A stretch of 64,000 nt of DNA. Source: a virus. Made by a program: the position numbers and the translations under genes. The stretch lies in IMG/VR virus record IMGVR_UViG_3300025362_000004, positions 59,583-123,582 of that record. One strand, written 5' to 3'. How positions within the stretch are numbered: the stretch's first letter is position 1; each line of letters opens with the position of its first letter. The notes under the pieces are model-generated. The model was not told the origin of the DNA. It did no database searches and saw only the letters and a list, made by a program, of their open reading frames with translations. Positions 8,945-17,925 of this stretch are shown here, piece by piece.

Positions 8945-9075
8945 AATTCTGGAATGTCAGATTTGCATATTTTTGTAATCTATGGTATAATTATAATATA
9001 AAGAAGTAAAGTGACTATAACACTATAAAAGGCTCTTTTAATACATTTTGAGAGTAGAAATCAAAATAGGAACAT

Positions 9076-9152
9076 GCGTCTGTAGCCCAATGGAAGAGGC
9101 AAATGATTTAAGCTCATTACAGGTGGGGGTTCGAATCCCCCGAGACGTACCA
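9076..9152 (+). tRNA. tRNA-Leu(TAA), short variable loop
   Basis: AATGA-TTTAAGC-TCATT. Confidence 0.8.
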
Positions 9153-9155
9153 AAT

Positions 9156-9230
9156 GCGAGTATGGTATAATGGTATTACGACAGTCTCCAAAACTGCAAA
9201 ATGTGGGTTCAAATCCTACTACTCGTGCCA
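9156..9230 (+). tRNA. tRNA-Trp(CCA)
   Basis: CTCCAAA loop, G73. Confidence 0.9.
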
Positions 9231-9233
9231 AAT

Positions 9234-9361
9234 ATGCGAATGACGAAACGGTAAACGTAACCCTATTGAATAGGGCGACTGGTTAATAAGATTAACGACA
9301 ATACGTATAAAGTTAATTGAATGCCAGTTATCTGTAGGTTCAAATCCTGCTTCGCATACCA
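9234..9361 (+). tRNA. tRNA (apparent TGA/Ser anticodon) with about 55-nt variable arm
   Basis: ATGCGAA/TTCGCAT acceptor, D and T arms, long inserted hairpin. Confidence 0.65.
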
Positions 9362-9364
9362 AAT

Positions 9365-9439
9365 GCACTTATAGTGAAATGGATATCACGAGTCGCCACG
9401 AACGATTTATTGCGGGTTCAAGTCCTGCTAGGTGTGCCA
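9365..9439 (+). tRNA. tRNA-Arg(ACG)
   Basis: Cloverleaf. Confidence 0.85.
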
Positions 9440-9440
9440 T

Positions 9441-9518
9441 GGGAGTGTGACGCAACTGGAAAGACGTGTTAGTCTTAGAAACTAAATTTTGGGGGTTCAA
9501 ATCCCCCTACTCCCACCA
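9441..9518 (+). tRNA. tRNA-Leu(TAG), short variable loop
   Basis: TTAGT-CTTAGAA-ACTAA. Confidence 0.85.
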
Positions 9519-9537
9519 AAAAAGAAAGAGGTAAATA

Positions 9538-9828
9538 ATGAAAGAAACACTTAATGAATATTGCAAAAGAGTGCATGATTGTATTGATGGAACCTGTGAG
9601 TTTTCAAAACCTTGCTGTCTTGAATTCTTTGAGAAATATAGAAATACAGATATTTCTATAATTAGAGAGGACATTCTTAGCAACACATCTGAAGAAGACA
9701 CAAGTCCGATAGTGAGAATTAGAATGAACAATCTATGGGACATATTAAAGAGAGAATTTGAAGTTCATCTTGATTTTACGAAAGAAAAAGTAGTAAAGAA
9801 ATTCGAAGAATTTTTTGAGGGAGAATAA
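9538..9828 (+). CDS. hypothetical protein
   Basis: GAGGT RBS. Confidence 0.7.
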   Translation: MKETLNEYCKRVHDCIDGTCEFSKPCCLEFFEKYRNTDISIIREDILSNTSEEDTSPIVRIRMNNLWDILKREFEVHLDFTKEKVVKKFEEFFEGE

Positions 9829-9917
9829 ATATGAAAATTAAATTATTTTTAATTAAACACATTCACAATTTTTTAACAGTATTTTATAGCGTTCTTAAAT
9901 TGCTTTAAGACGCAAAT

Positions 9918-10001
9918 GAGTGAGTACCCAAGTGGTTTAAGGGGGTAGGTTGCAACCCTACTGCGAAAGCTTCGTTGGTTCAAATCCGACCTCATTCTCC
10001 A
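9918..10001 (+). tRNA. tRNA-Cys(GCA) with variable arm
   Basis: GCA loop, U73, extra GCGAAAGC hairpin. Confidence 0.85.
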
Positions 10002-10004
10002 AAT

Positions 10005-10081
10005 GGTCGCGTAGCTCAGTAGATAGTAGCACTTGACTTTTAATCAAGATGTCGCGGGTTTGAGTCCCGCCGCTTCCACCA
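10005..10081 (+). tRNA. tRNA-Lys(TTT)
   Basis: Cloverleaf. Confidence 0.85.
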
Positions 10082-10177
10082 AATAATTAAATAAAGAAAT
10101 AAAAGAAGGTACGATTGTGAGGTTAGACACCAACGTTAAATTGTAGAACATGTTGTTCATCGAGAGCCTTCGAACAT

Positions 10178-10254
10178 TGGCGCGTAGCTTAGTCGGTTAA
10201 AGCCCCGAGCTCATAACTCGGTGACCAGGGGTTCAACTCCCCTCGGGCCTACCA
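10178..10254 (+). tRNA. tRNA-Met/Ile2(CAT)
   Basis: CCGAG-CTCATAA-CTCGG. Confidence 0.85.
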
Positions 10255-10479
10255 CATGACCCTTATTGATACAAGTGTATCCAAGCGTTTTGAAAATGCT
10301 TGCACTAAGAGTATGTAAATAATAATATAGAGTTATTTATAGAGGGGAGACAATACTCCCGAGGGTGCTAATCTATAACAAAAAATCATACTACCACATT
10401 CGAAACCAGTATGGTATCTTTCTAGATAAGATATTAGGTGTGGCGTTAACGGGGATTCAACGATAAAGTCCCTACCAAT

Positions 10480-10566
10480 GGAAGATAAATTGCACTGGCG
10501 TGTAACCTTGATTTGAAACCAAGTGGTTCCGAAAGGGATGGGGATCGATACCTCTATCTTCCGCCA
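10480..10566 (+). tRNA. tRNA-Ser(TGA), 8/4 fold
   Basis: 8-bp acceptor GGAAGATA/TATCTTCC, 4-bp T stem, 6-bp D stem, G73. Confidence 0.75.
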
Positions 10567-10734
10567 AAAAAAACTATGCTTGAATCGCCGCACGCGGTGT
10601 CCTCAATCATATATAAAGTGTTGTCGAGACACATACATGCGACCCTTCCTCGACGTGTTGAGGAGTATCTTGTTCATAAAGAGATACTTACAGCAAGACA
10701 TGAGAATGTCGATAAAAAATTAAAGTCGCACCAA

Positions 10735-10811
10735 CGCTCAGAGGTCCTAATGGTTAGGACGCTCGCCTCATAAGCGAGAGGTAGTGGGTTCAATTCCCGC
10801 CTGAGCGACCA
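10735..10811 (+). tRNA. tRNA-Met/Ile2(CAT)
   Basis: Cloverleaf. Confidence 0.85.
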
Positions 10812-10813
10812 AC

Positions 10814-10888
10814 GGATTCATAGTTCAATGGAAGAATGGTCGGTTCTTACCCGATAAGATTAGGGTTCAAATCCCTATGAATCCACCA
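10814..10888 (+). tRNA. tRNA-Lys(CTT)
   Basis: Cloverleaf. Confidence 0.85.
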
Positions 10889-10910
10889 AAAAAGTTTTCG
10901 GAGGTGTAAT

Positions 10911-11237
10911 ATGGAACATAACAGAGCATATCATCGATACCAAACAGAAGTAAAAAAAAATAGACTAATAAAAATAAACAAGCACGTTGGTTTTAATTTC
11001 GTTAATGGTCATTTTCGCAAGGGGAAACTTCATTGTAGTTGCCCAATGTGTGCAACAAAAACAAATACAAAACATGGGACATATGATGGCGGACATAAAC
11101 CATCAGAATTAAAAAGACTTTACGATATTAGTGAAGTAGTTCTTGAAGAATATAATGAAGCGTTTATAGCGTTAGCTGAGTTCGATGAATTTATGGAAGA
11201 CGAGTGCGGCGATTCATACTTAAAAACAGTAAAATAA
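10911..11237 (+). CDS. hypothetical phage protein (HCSCPMC motif)
   Basis: GGAGGTG RBS. Confidence 0.75.
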   Translation: MEHNRAYHRYQTEVKKNRLIKINKHVGFNFVNGHFRKGKLHCSCPMCATKTNTKHGTYDGGHKPSELKRLYDISEVVLEEYNEAFIALAEFDEFMEDECGDSYLKTVK

Positions 11238-11359
11238 TTAAATATGCTGAAGTTAAAGAGTAAGATACGACCGCAAACTATATCTTACTTATGGAGAGCT
11301 CCTCCCTTTAATAGAGTCTTTTGCGGGAACTCGAGCGTGAAGCTTAGGCATTAACATAT

Positions 11360-11446
11360 AGAGAGTAATCCATGATGGTGATTGGGTCCGCCTGCTAAGC
11401 GGCACGACGTGAAAGCGTTACGGTTCAAATCCGTTACTCTCTGCCA
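11360..11446 (+). tRNA. tRNA-Ser(GCT), 8/4 fold
   Basis: AGAGAGTA/TACTCTCT acceptor, 4-bp T stem, variable arm. Confidence 0.8.
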
Positions 11447-11453
11447 AAAGAAA

Positions 11454-11762
11454 ATGACATATAAGGAAAATAGATTGGCCGCGACTGCACTGCAGAGTGG
11501 CGCGACGATTACTATTCAAGGCTTTGGTAATTCAATGACACCTATTTTATCTTCTGGACAAAAAGTGCTAGTGGCACCTATTACAGAAGAAATAAAATTA
11601 AAGAAAAGGGACATTGTTTTATGTAAAGTTAGAGGTAATTATTATTTGCATTTAATAAGTGCAAGAAAAGGAAATCAATTCCAAATTAGTAATAATCATA
11701 AGCACGTGAATGGTTGGATTACTATTAAGAACATATTTGGAGTAGTAACAGAAAGATTATAA
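11454..11762 (+). CDS. peptidase S24/S26-like beta-barrel protein
   Basis: GNSMTPIL...DIV motif. Confidence 0.7.
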   Translation: MTYKENRLAATALQSGATITIQGFGNSMTPILSSGQKVLVAPITEEIKLKKRDIVLCKVRGNYYLHLISARKGNQFQISNNHKHVNGWITIKNIFGVVTERL

Positions 11763-11796
11763 TTCTTGATACACCGCGTGCGGCGATTCAAGCAAT

Positions 11797-11871
11797 GGGC
11801 GCGTAATTCAGCGGGAGAAATTCTGTTTTACAAGCAGAAAGTCGTAGGTTCAATCCCTACCGTGCCCACCA
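11797..11871 (+). tRNA. tRNA-Val(TAC)
   Basis: Cloverleaf. Confidence 0.9.
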
Positions 11872-11891
11872 TTAAAAAATCGGAGGTTAAT

Positions 11892-12143
11892 ATGATACAT
11901 AAAAATATTGAGAACCAAAGAAGAATGAAAAAACAATGCAATAGTAAAGGACAAGAATATAATCCATTCTGTGCATGGTATAATGAAGATTTAGGTCGTT
12001 ATACTAGAGACGATAAATATCGCATGAGAATAAAACGGTTTTTAAAAAAAGCGAGTAATAAAAAAATTAGAAACTATAAAGGAGAATTAAGCGAAGGCTG
12101 TAATCATAGAAAATTATTTGATTACTGGTGGGAGTTATTCTAG
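11892..12143 (+). CDS. basic hypothetical protein (paralog of 17662-17913)
   Basis: Shared LKK.SN..IR...G..YRK..D.WW C-terminus. Confidence 0.75.
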   Translation: MIHKNIENQRRMKKQCNSKGQEYNPFCAWYNEDLGRYTRDDKYRMRIKRFLKKASNKKIRNYKGELSEGCNHRKLFDYWWELF

Positions 12144-12161
12144 ACCAGAAAGGAAAACAAC

Positions 12162-12815
12162 ATGATTACAAGATTAAAAGAAATAACAAAAGTATATACA
12201 GACCCTCATTTCGGGCATGATAGATTAAGAATTTTGGCTAGACCAGAGTTTGAAAGTCTTGAACAAATGCACGAAACAATGATAAAGGAATATAATTCAG
12301 TAGTTAAAAATACTGATGTAGTTCTTTGGCTTGGAGACCTTGGATTTAGAGATGCAGTAAAAGAAATTTTACCACAACTTAAAGGTTATAAAATCCTTAT
12401 TTTAGGTAACCACGATAACTATTCAAAAACATTCTACGCAGAGTATTTTGATGAAGTTTATGACCACCCATTATACTACAATAGAAGAATAGTATTCTCT
12501 CATATTCCTATAATGGTAAGCCCAGGCATACTAAACGTGCATGGACATACACATAACATCGTATTAAAAAGTGACCAACATTATAACATATGCGGCGAAA
12601 TTGTAGGATGGAAGCCAATCAACATTAAGAAAATTGTTTTAATGATAGGTAAAATTCCTACTGAAAATATTCACTTTTTACAAGAGTGGTATGCAGAAAT
12701 TCAAGTTCCTAATATGACTTATGATAGCAACGATGATTTAGTGTTGCGTGAAGATGGAACTATTGATGCAGAAAAAACACTAATGGCAAAATATAAGAAA
12801 AGAGCAAGCAACTAA
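12162..12815 (+). CDS. calcineurin-like phosphoesterase
   Basis: DPHFGH, LGD, GNHD, SH.P, HGHTH. Confidence 0.9.
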   Translation: MITRLKEITKVYTDPHFGHDRLRILARPEFESLEQMHETMIKEYNSVVKNTDVVLWLGDLGFRDAVKEILPQLKGYKILILGNHDNYSKTFYAEYFDEVYDHPLYYNRRIVFSHIPIMVSPGILNVHGHTHNIVLKSDQHYNICGEIVGWKPINIKKIVLMIGKIPTENIHFLQEWYAEIQVPNMTYDSNDDLVLREDGTIDAEKTLMAKYKKRASN

Positions 12816-12896
12816 AATTTGATTTTTATTATAATTTGTGTTATAATTATAGTATATAAGAAATAAGAGCCTTTAAATAGGCAAGGAGAGTGTATT

Positions 12897-13091
12897 ATGG
12901 CAGATTTATTAAAACAATCAAAACAGTATCGTGTTAATAGCGAGGCTGAAGTTGCAGACTTAATCGACTTAGCAAAAGATGAAAGTCAAGGAACTATTGA
13001 ATTTAGTAGAAAACATAAAACCAAGAAGTCAAAAGGTGAAATAGTTGACGAATGGTGAGTTGTTGAAATAACTGAAAAGTTCGTAGAATAG
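12897..13091 (+). CDS. hypothetical phage protein, TGA=Trp readthrough
   Basis: Promoter plus GGAG RBS; KGEIVDEW*VVEI reads ...DEWW... to TAG. Confidence 0.7.
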
Positions 13092-13174
13092 TAGAATTAT
13101 AGATTTGAAATATATTGTAGTTTATGATATAATATATTATAAAGGTAAGAAATATATTTAAAAAGGAGACCTCA

Positions 13175-13369
13175 ATGAAGAAATCATTAAAAGTATTTGA
13201 AGTTCATATAAAGTTTAAATATATGACAAATGATATAGGTACTGAAGTCGTGACAAAAGATGTCGTAGAGGTTGAATTCGCACAAACAAAACAAAAATTA
13301 TTAAAAATGTTAAAGAAAAAATTTAGATATTCAACAATTTTAGAATTAGAAATTATAGAACTAATATAG
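13175..13369 (+). CDS. hypothetical protein
   Basis: Promoter and AGGAG RBS. Confidence 0.7.
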   Translation: MKKSLKVFEVHIKFKYMTNDIGTEVVTKDVVEVEFAQTKQKLLKMLKKKFRYSTILELEIIELI

Positions 13370-13496
13370 ATTTTAACTCCTGAGTATGAGTATAAACTAT
13401 AGGGCGCCCGCAAGGGATAATTGTGAGATAATAATAACCTCTGCCCCCGTTATCGGCTCACTCGACGTTGTAGGTTTTCGTTAAACCTTCTTAAAT

Positions 13497-13572
13497 GTCG
13501 GCGTGGTGAAGCGGTCAACACATTGCCCTTTCAAGGCAACATGCACGGGTTCAAGTCCCGTCGTCGATACCA
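13497..13572 (+). tRNA. tRNA-Glu(TTC)
   Basis: TTGCC-CTTTCAA-GGCAA. Confidence 0.85.
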
Positions 13573-13681
13573 AAAAGAAACTAAATGACTACTAGATAAA
13601 TACTAGTTTTGAGCGGAAGCAAGAAGAATATAAATGTGCCTTAGACGTTAAGTGGGCTGTATTAAAGTCATTTACATATAT

Positions 13682-13758
13682 GCCGACTTAGCTCAGATGG
13701 CTAGAGCGCGTCACTTGTAATGACGATGTCGAGGGTTCAATTCCTTTAGTCGATACCA
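13682..13758 (+). tRNA. tRNA-Thr(TGT)
   Basis: Cloverleaf. Confidence 0.9.
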
Positions 13759-13761
13759 AAT

Positions 13762-13836
13762 GCTCCTATGATGAAATCGGTATCATAATTGCCTTGTAAG
13801 CAATATTTCGGGGTTCAAATCCTCGTGGGAGCACCA
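13762..13836 (+). tRNA. tRNA-Thr(TGT)
   Basis: Cloverleaf. Confidence 0.85.
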
Positions 13837-13973
13837 TTAAAAAGAATAACTTTAGTTACGCCGCGTGCGGCGACTCAAGCATAGAATAAATATACCAAAA
13901 TGGTTGCACAGATTTGACTTCTTTATAAGATTGTGATATAATAAATTATAAAGATAAAAAAGAGGTGTTTATT

Positions 13974-14648
13974 ATGTTAGGTTTTATTTATATAATTAAA
14001 AATAATATAAACGATAAGGTTTATATCGGTAAGACTTATCTTGCTGTCGAAAAAAGATTTGAAGACCATAAAAAAGATTGTTTTAGAGAACGTAATTCTG
14101 AAAGACCAATTTACAAAGCAATGAAAAAGTATGGTTTAGAAAATTTTTCAATATCAAAAATCGGAGAATATGAAGAAGGACTACTAGAAGAAAAAGAAAT
14201 AGATTTCATAAAAAAATATAATTCTTATATTGGCTTCGACAATTCCCAAGGTTATAACGCAACACTAGGTGGAGACGGAAGAAGATATCTCAACTTATCT
14301 GAAGAAGAAGTTATAGCAAAATATAAAGAGTTAAAATTTGTTAATAAAACCGCAGATTATTTTAATTGTTCTTATGACTCAATAAGAATAATACTGGACA
14401 ACAATAATGTAGAAATTAAAAAATATACTGAAATTGGTTTAGGTGGTCAATTCAAGAAAGAAAAAGTTACAATGATGGACAATAAAGGAAAATTTCTTTA
14501 TTTTGATTCAGTAATTGATGCCGCAAAATATTTAGTAGATAATGAGATTGCTAAATGTAAAGTTAATTCTGCTAGAGTTAGCATAGGAAGAGCAATATCA
14601 GGTTTAAGAAAAACATATCTAGGTTTTCATTGGTCAAAAGGCCAATAA
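13974..14648 (+). CDS. free-standing GIY-YIG homing endonuclease
   Basis: GFIYII...VYIGKT, GYNATLGG, NUMOD1-like C-terminus. Confidence 0.9.
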   Translation: MLGFIYIIKNNINDKVYIGKTYLAVEKRFEDHKKDCFRERNSERPIYKAMKKYGLENFSISKIGEYEEGLLEEKEIDFIKKYNSYIGFDNSQGYNATLGGDGRRYLNLSEEEVIAKYKELKFVNKTADYFNCSYDSIRIILDNNNVEIKKYTEIGLGGQFKKEKVTMMDNKGKFLYFDSVIDAAKYLVDNEIAKCKVNSARVSIGRAISGLRKTYLGFHWSKGQ

Positions 14649-14651
14649 TAC

Positions 14652-14730
14652 AGTGGAGTAGAGCAGTGGTCAGCTCGTCAGGTTCATACCCTGGAGGTCG
14701 CGTTTGGTTCGAATCCCGCCTCCACAACCA
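14652..14730 (+). tRNA. tRNA-fMet(CAT)
   Basis: GTAGAGCAGTGGTCAGCTCGTCAGG, 1:72 mismatch. Confidence 0.85.
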
Positions 14731-14746
14731 AAGAAAATAAAACATT

Positions 14747-14796
14747 AGAGCCTATACTTACTTCAAATACATTCAGCGTAGATTAGTTAGGCCTCT
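14747..14796 (+). ncRNA. Y-RNA-like (YrlA-type) small RNA, copy 1
   Basis: Bulged closing stem plus CTTACTTC motif shared with the copies at 16791-17156. Confidence 0.65.
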
Positions 14797-14817
14797 AAAA
14801 AAAAGGAGATGTTTTAA

Positions 14818-16782
14818 ATGAAAGAAAAGATTTTAATAAGACGTAATTATTTTTTAGGTAATACAAGTTATGAAGATAGCAATTACCGTAGATATTACGC
14901 AGCACAATTACTAAACAAGTTTGGTATCCTAGTTGATAGACCAAGCATGGTAACACGTAGACACGTGGAATTGACTAGTGAATTGTTTGGAGTTAATATT
15001 CCAAAGAGTTTTTATAGTAATCCACAAGATATGAGATATTTCACTTGTAGTGAATTACTTGTTGAACAAGTAATTTCATATTTTAACATTGAGTTTGTTA
15101 CAGGCGTAAGTTCTGACGATGAAAGTTCTTTTGATAGAATAGAAATCTTTAGAAAAGCCCTACCAAATTATAGAGAAGGCGATGAAGTTGTTTTTAGAAA
15201 CTTTAGAATCCTTACTGATAATGAAGCAAGTCCAATATTAGAAGAAGTTTATAGTAACTTAGCAAGTTATACAAGAAAATGGAATGAAACTGAAAATGAA
15301 GAATTTGTTTGGTTATTCAATAACCATGTCGCGAATGACACAAGAATAAAAAGCAAGGACAATGCTATTGCAATGTTCAACGCTTATCCATGCCGTTTAT
15401 TTGGTCATTCATTAGACCAAAAAGATGTTGTAAAATTAAGCGTTGAAATGATTGGTAGAGAAGAAAAACACTTTTCTTATACTCCTGAACAAAAGCAAAA
15501 ACTTGGCTATGCTTTAGAATCTTGCTATAGTGTTCCATTGACAAATAAACAAGCAAAATACTTTAATACTATTTCTAGAAAATTAGGATATAAAAGCAAT
15601 GAAACAAACGACCGTAGTCCATATAAAATGGCAACAGAGTATATGAATAAGGGTAGAGTTGTTGATGCTGCAAGAATTTTTGCAAGAAATGGTTCTTTGC
15701 TTGAAAGAAACTTAATATGGTTACTTTCAAGAGCTGATATGCAAGAAGCACAAGAAATCATGAAGTTCGTTAAAATCAAGAATCCAATTGTTGGTATTCA
15801 ATTCTTCAATGGCTTAATTGCTCAAGGAGAAAACAATGGGAGTAGAACCTTCAAATTCTACAAAAATAGATTGATTAGACAACACATTGAAACAGACGTA
15901 GAAGCAAGATACAGAAAATCTGTTCTATCTTTAGGTATGAAAAAATACTTAAAGAAAGTAATGAATGAAAAAATTGATGAATATTACAAGAATTTACCAA
16001 GTCTTGGAAAAGTATATGTTGATGATGAATTTGAAAATATTGGTTTACCAATGAATACAAGTGCATCTGGAACAGGAATTGATGTATTACCAGTAGGTAG
16101 TAGATTAATGATTACTGAAGATTACATCAGAACATTCTGTTATTGGAACGGACCAAGAGATATTGATACAAGTGTAATTTTCATACATAGAGATGGTCAT
16201 CAAGCTACATTCTATTGGGGAAATTATTACGCAAAACCATTTGGACGTAGCGCACTATATTCTGGCGATGACAGAAGTAAAAACGGTGCAGAATATGGAG
16301 ACTTTAAAATTAGTGAACTTAAAGCATTAGGTTATACACACGCTATTTATACACTAAATGGTTATAGTGATAATCTTGACGTTGGGGAAATTTATTGTGG
16401 TTATCAAAATAAAAAAGACCTACACACACAAGCTTGGGATGCTAAGAATATTCAAATGAAAATTAAAGTTCATGGAGATAGTAGAAGTTATGCTGGATTC
16501 GCTATTGATTTTGAGACAAGAGAAATCATTGTTTTAAATCAAATGGTAGACAGTAAAAATCGTGTCGTTAATCCCGAAACATTAAAATCATTTGAACCAT
16601 ATTTAAAATCTAATTTCTTAGATACATTTAATGTTGCTAGAATCGCAAGATTAAGAGGAGAAGTTGTAACAGACCCATCTAAAGCAGATTATGTATTTAG
16701 TAGAGATTATTTTGAAAATATAAAAGGTCAAAAAGTTATCAGACCATCTGATATCGAAAAGATTGTTAAGTTATTAAATTAA
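14818..16782 (+). CDS. alpha-helical Ro/TROVE-like domain fused to C-terminal TerD-like domain
   Basis: C-terminal W....DIDTSV.F...YSGDDRS..GAEYGDF resembles TerD; helical N-terminus; flanked by Y-like RNAs. Confidence 0.6.
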   Translation: MKEKILIRRNYFLGNTSYEDSNYRRYYAAQLLNKFGILVDRPSMVTRRHVELTSELFGVNIPKSFYSNPQDMRYFTCSELLVEQVISYFNIEFVTGVSSDDESSFDRIEIFRKALPNYREGDEVVFRNFRILTDNEASPILEEVYSNLASYTRKWNETENEEFVWLFNNHVANDTRIKSKDNAIAMFNAYPCRLFGHSLDQKDVVKLSVEMIGREEKHFSYTPEQKQKLGYALESCYSVPLTNKQAKYFNTISRKLGYKSNETNDRSPYKMATEYMNKGRVVDAARIFARNGSLLERNLIWLLSRADMQEAQEIMKFVKIKNPIVGIQFFNGLIAQGENNGSRTFKFYKNRLIRQHIETDVEARYRKSVLSLGMKKYLKKVMNEKIDEYYKNLPSLGKVYVDDEFENIGLPMNTSASGTGIDVLPVGSRLMITEDYIRTFCYWNGPRDIDTSVIFIHRDGHQATFYWGNYYAKPFGRSALYSGDDRSKNGAEYGDFKISELKALGYTHAIYTLNGYSDNLDVGEIYCGYQNKKDLHTQAWDAKNIQMKIKVHGDSRSYAGFAIDFETREIIVLNQMVDSKNRVVNPETLKSFEPYLKSNFLDTFNVARIARLRGEVVTDPSKADYVFSRDYFENIKGQKVIRPSDIEKIVKLLN

Positions 16783-16790
16783 AATTATAT

Positions 16791-17156
16791 AGAGCCGATG
16801 CTTACTTCAAATTTCACAGGCCTTTAAAGCCTGTACCATACAATTCTAGCTCGGCCTTATAGTAAAAATAATAAAATAGAACCAATGCTTACTTCAAATT
16901 TAATCTAATCCGCTGATGAGGTTCGAATCCTCCTAGTCGTCTAATGGTAAGACCGCGGACTCTAAAAGACAGCTTGGTCATAATTAAAAAATAAATAGAA
17001 CCGAAACTTACTTCAAATGGATATTACAGGTTCGATTCCTGTATTAGGTCCCGAAAGGGTTGCCTGATATATAAAATAGTTCGGTCAAAAATAAAAATAA
17101 ATAAATTAGAGCCTAAGCTTACTTCTAAAACAATTCGATGTTAATTAGCTAGGCCA
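16791..17156 (+). ncRNA. array of four Y-RNA-like small RNAs (copies 2-5)
   Basis: Copies at 16791-16857, 16878-16980, 16997-17087, 17108-17156; covarying bulged stem, CTTACTTC, tRNA-arm inserts. Confidence 0.7.
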
Positions 17157-17255
17157 TCTTAAAAAGAAGACTTCAGTTACGCCGCGTGCGGCGACCTAAG
17201 CCTTGAATAAAAAGTCGCGGCGACTTGGCTTTAATAAAAGCCTAAAACCGCATTT

Positions 17256-17331
17256 GGTCCTAAAGTGTTAATGGTGTGCATGGTAGCTTGTCAAGCTATA
17301 GGGGCGGGATCGAAACCCGCTAGGACCGCCA
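17256..17331 (+). tRNA. tRNA-Asp(GTC)
   Basis: Cloverleaf. Confidence 0.85.
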
Positions 17332-17405
17332 ATAAAATATGTAATTTGAAAATATAGAGTGTCATATAAATCCTCTAGTTTTATGAATTATAAGAGAGGT
17401 GTAAT

Positions 17406-17603
17406 ATGAACGGTATAGTAAAATGGTTTAATGCTGAAAAGGGTTATGGATTTATTACTGATGAAGATGGAAATGATGTGTTCGCACATTTTAGTCAAAT
17501 TCAAATTGATGGATACAGAACTTTAGAAGCAGAACAAGCAGTAACATTCGACGTAGCTGAAGGTCAACGTGGCCCACAAGCAGAAAACATTGAATTAGTA
17601 TAA
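17406..17603 (+). CDS. cspA: cold-shock protein
   Basis: [15 protein letters not shown]...DVFAHFSQI. Confidence 0.95.
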   Translation: MNGIVKWFNAEKGYGFITDEDGNDVFAHFSQIQIDGYRTLEAEQAVTFDVAEGQRGPQAENIELV

Positions 17604-17661
17604 TCTAAAAAGAGGTGTAGTAAATGAGGAAATTAAGTATCTTCTAAGGTTTTAATTAGAG

Positions 17662-17913
17662 GTGAAAGAAATGATTAATGGACACAAAGAAACACAAAAA
17701 AGATTAAAAAAGGAATATAATAATTATTGGAAAAGCCAAGTTTCTTATAGAAAAGATGGCGATTATTATGTTGAATGCGGTAGTAATTATCCTAAAAGGA
17801 CTAAAAAAAGTTTAAAAAAGTTTAGTAATAGACGTATTAGACAATGTAAAAGAGATTTAGATGACGGTAATTATTATCGAAAAGTAGTAGATATGTGGTG
17901 GATTATATATTAG
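17662..17913 (+). CDS. basic hypothetical protein (paralog of 11892)
   Basis: Shared C-terminal motif. Confidence 0.7.
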   Translation: MKEMINGHKETQKRLKKEYNNYWKSQVSYRKDGDYYVECGSNYPKRTKKSLKKFSNRRIRQCKRDLDDGNYYRKVVDMWWIIY

Positions 17914-17925
17914 TTCACTACCCAT

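Noticed and set aside
13497-13572. Second UCA suppressor tRNA
   Set aside because: The 7-nt loop CTTTCAA centres on TTC (Glu)
16791-17156. CRISPR array
   Set aside because: The units are not identical, vary in length, show stem covariation and enclose tRNA-like arms; no cas genes are present
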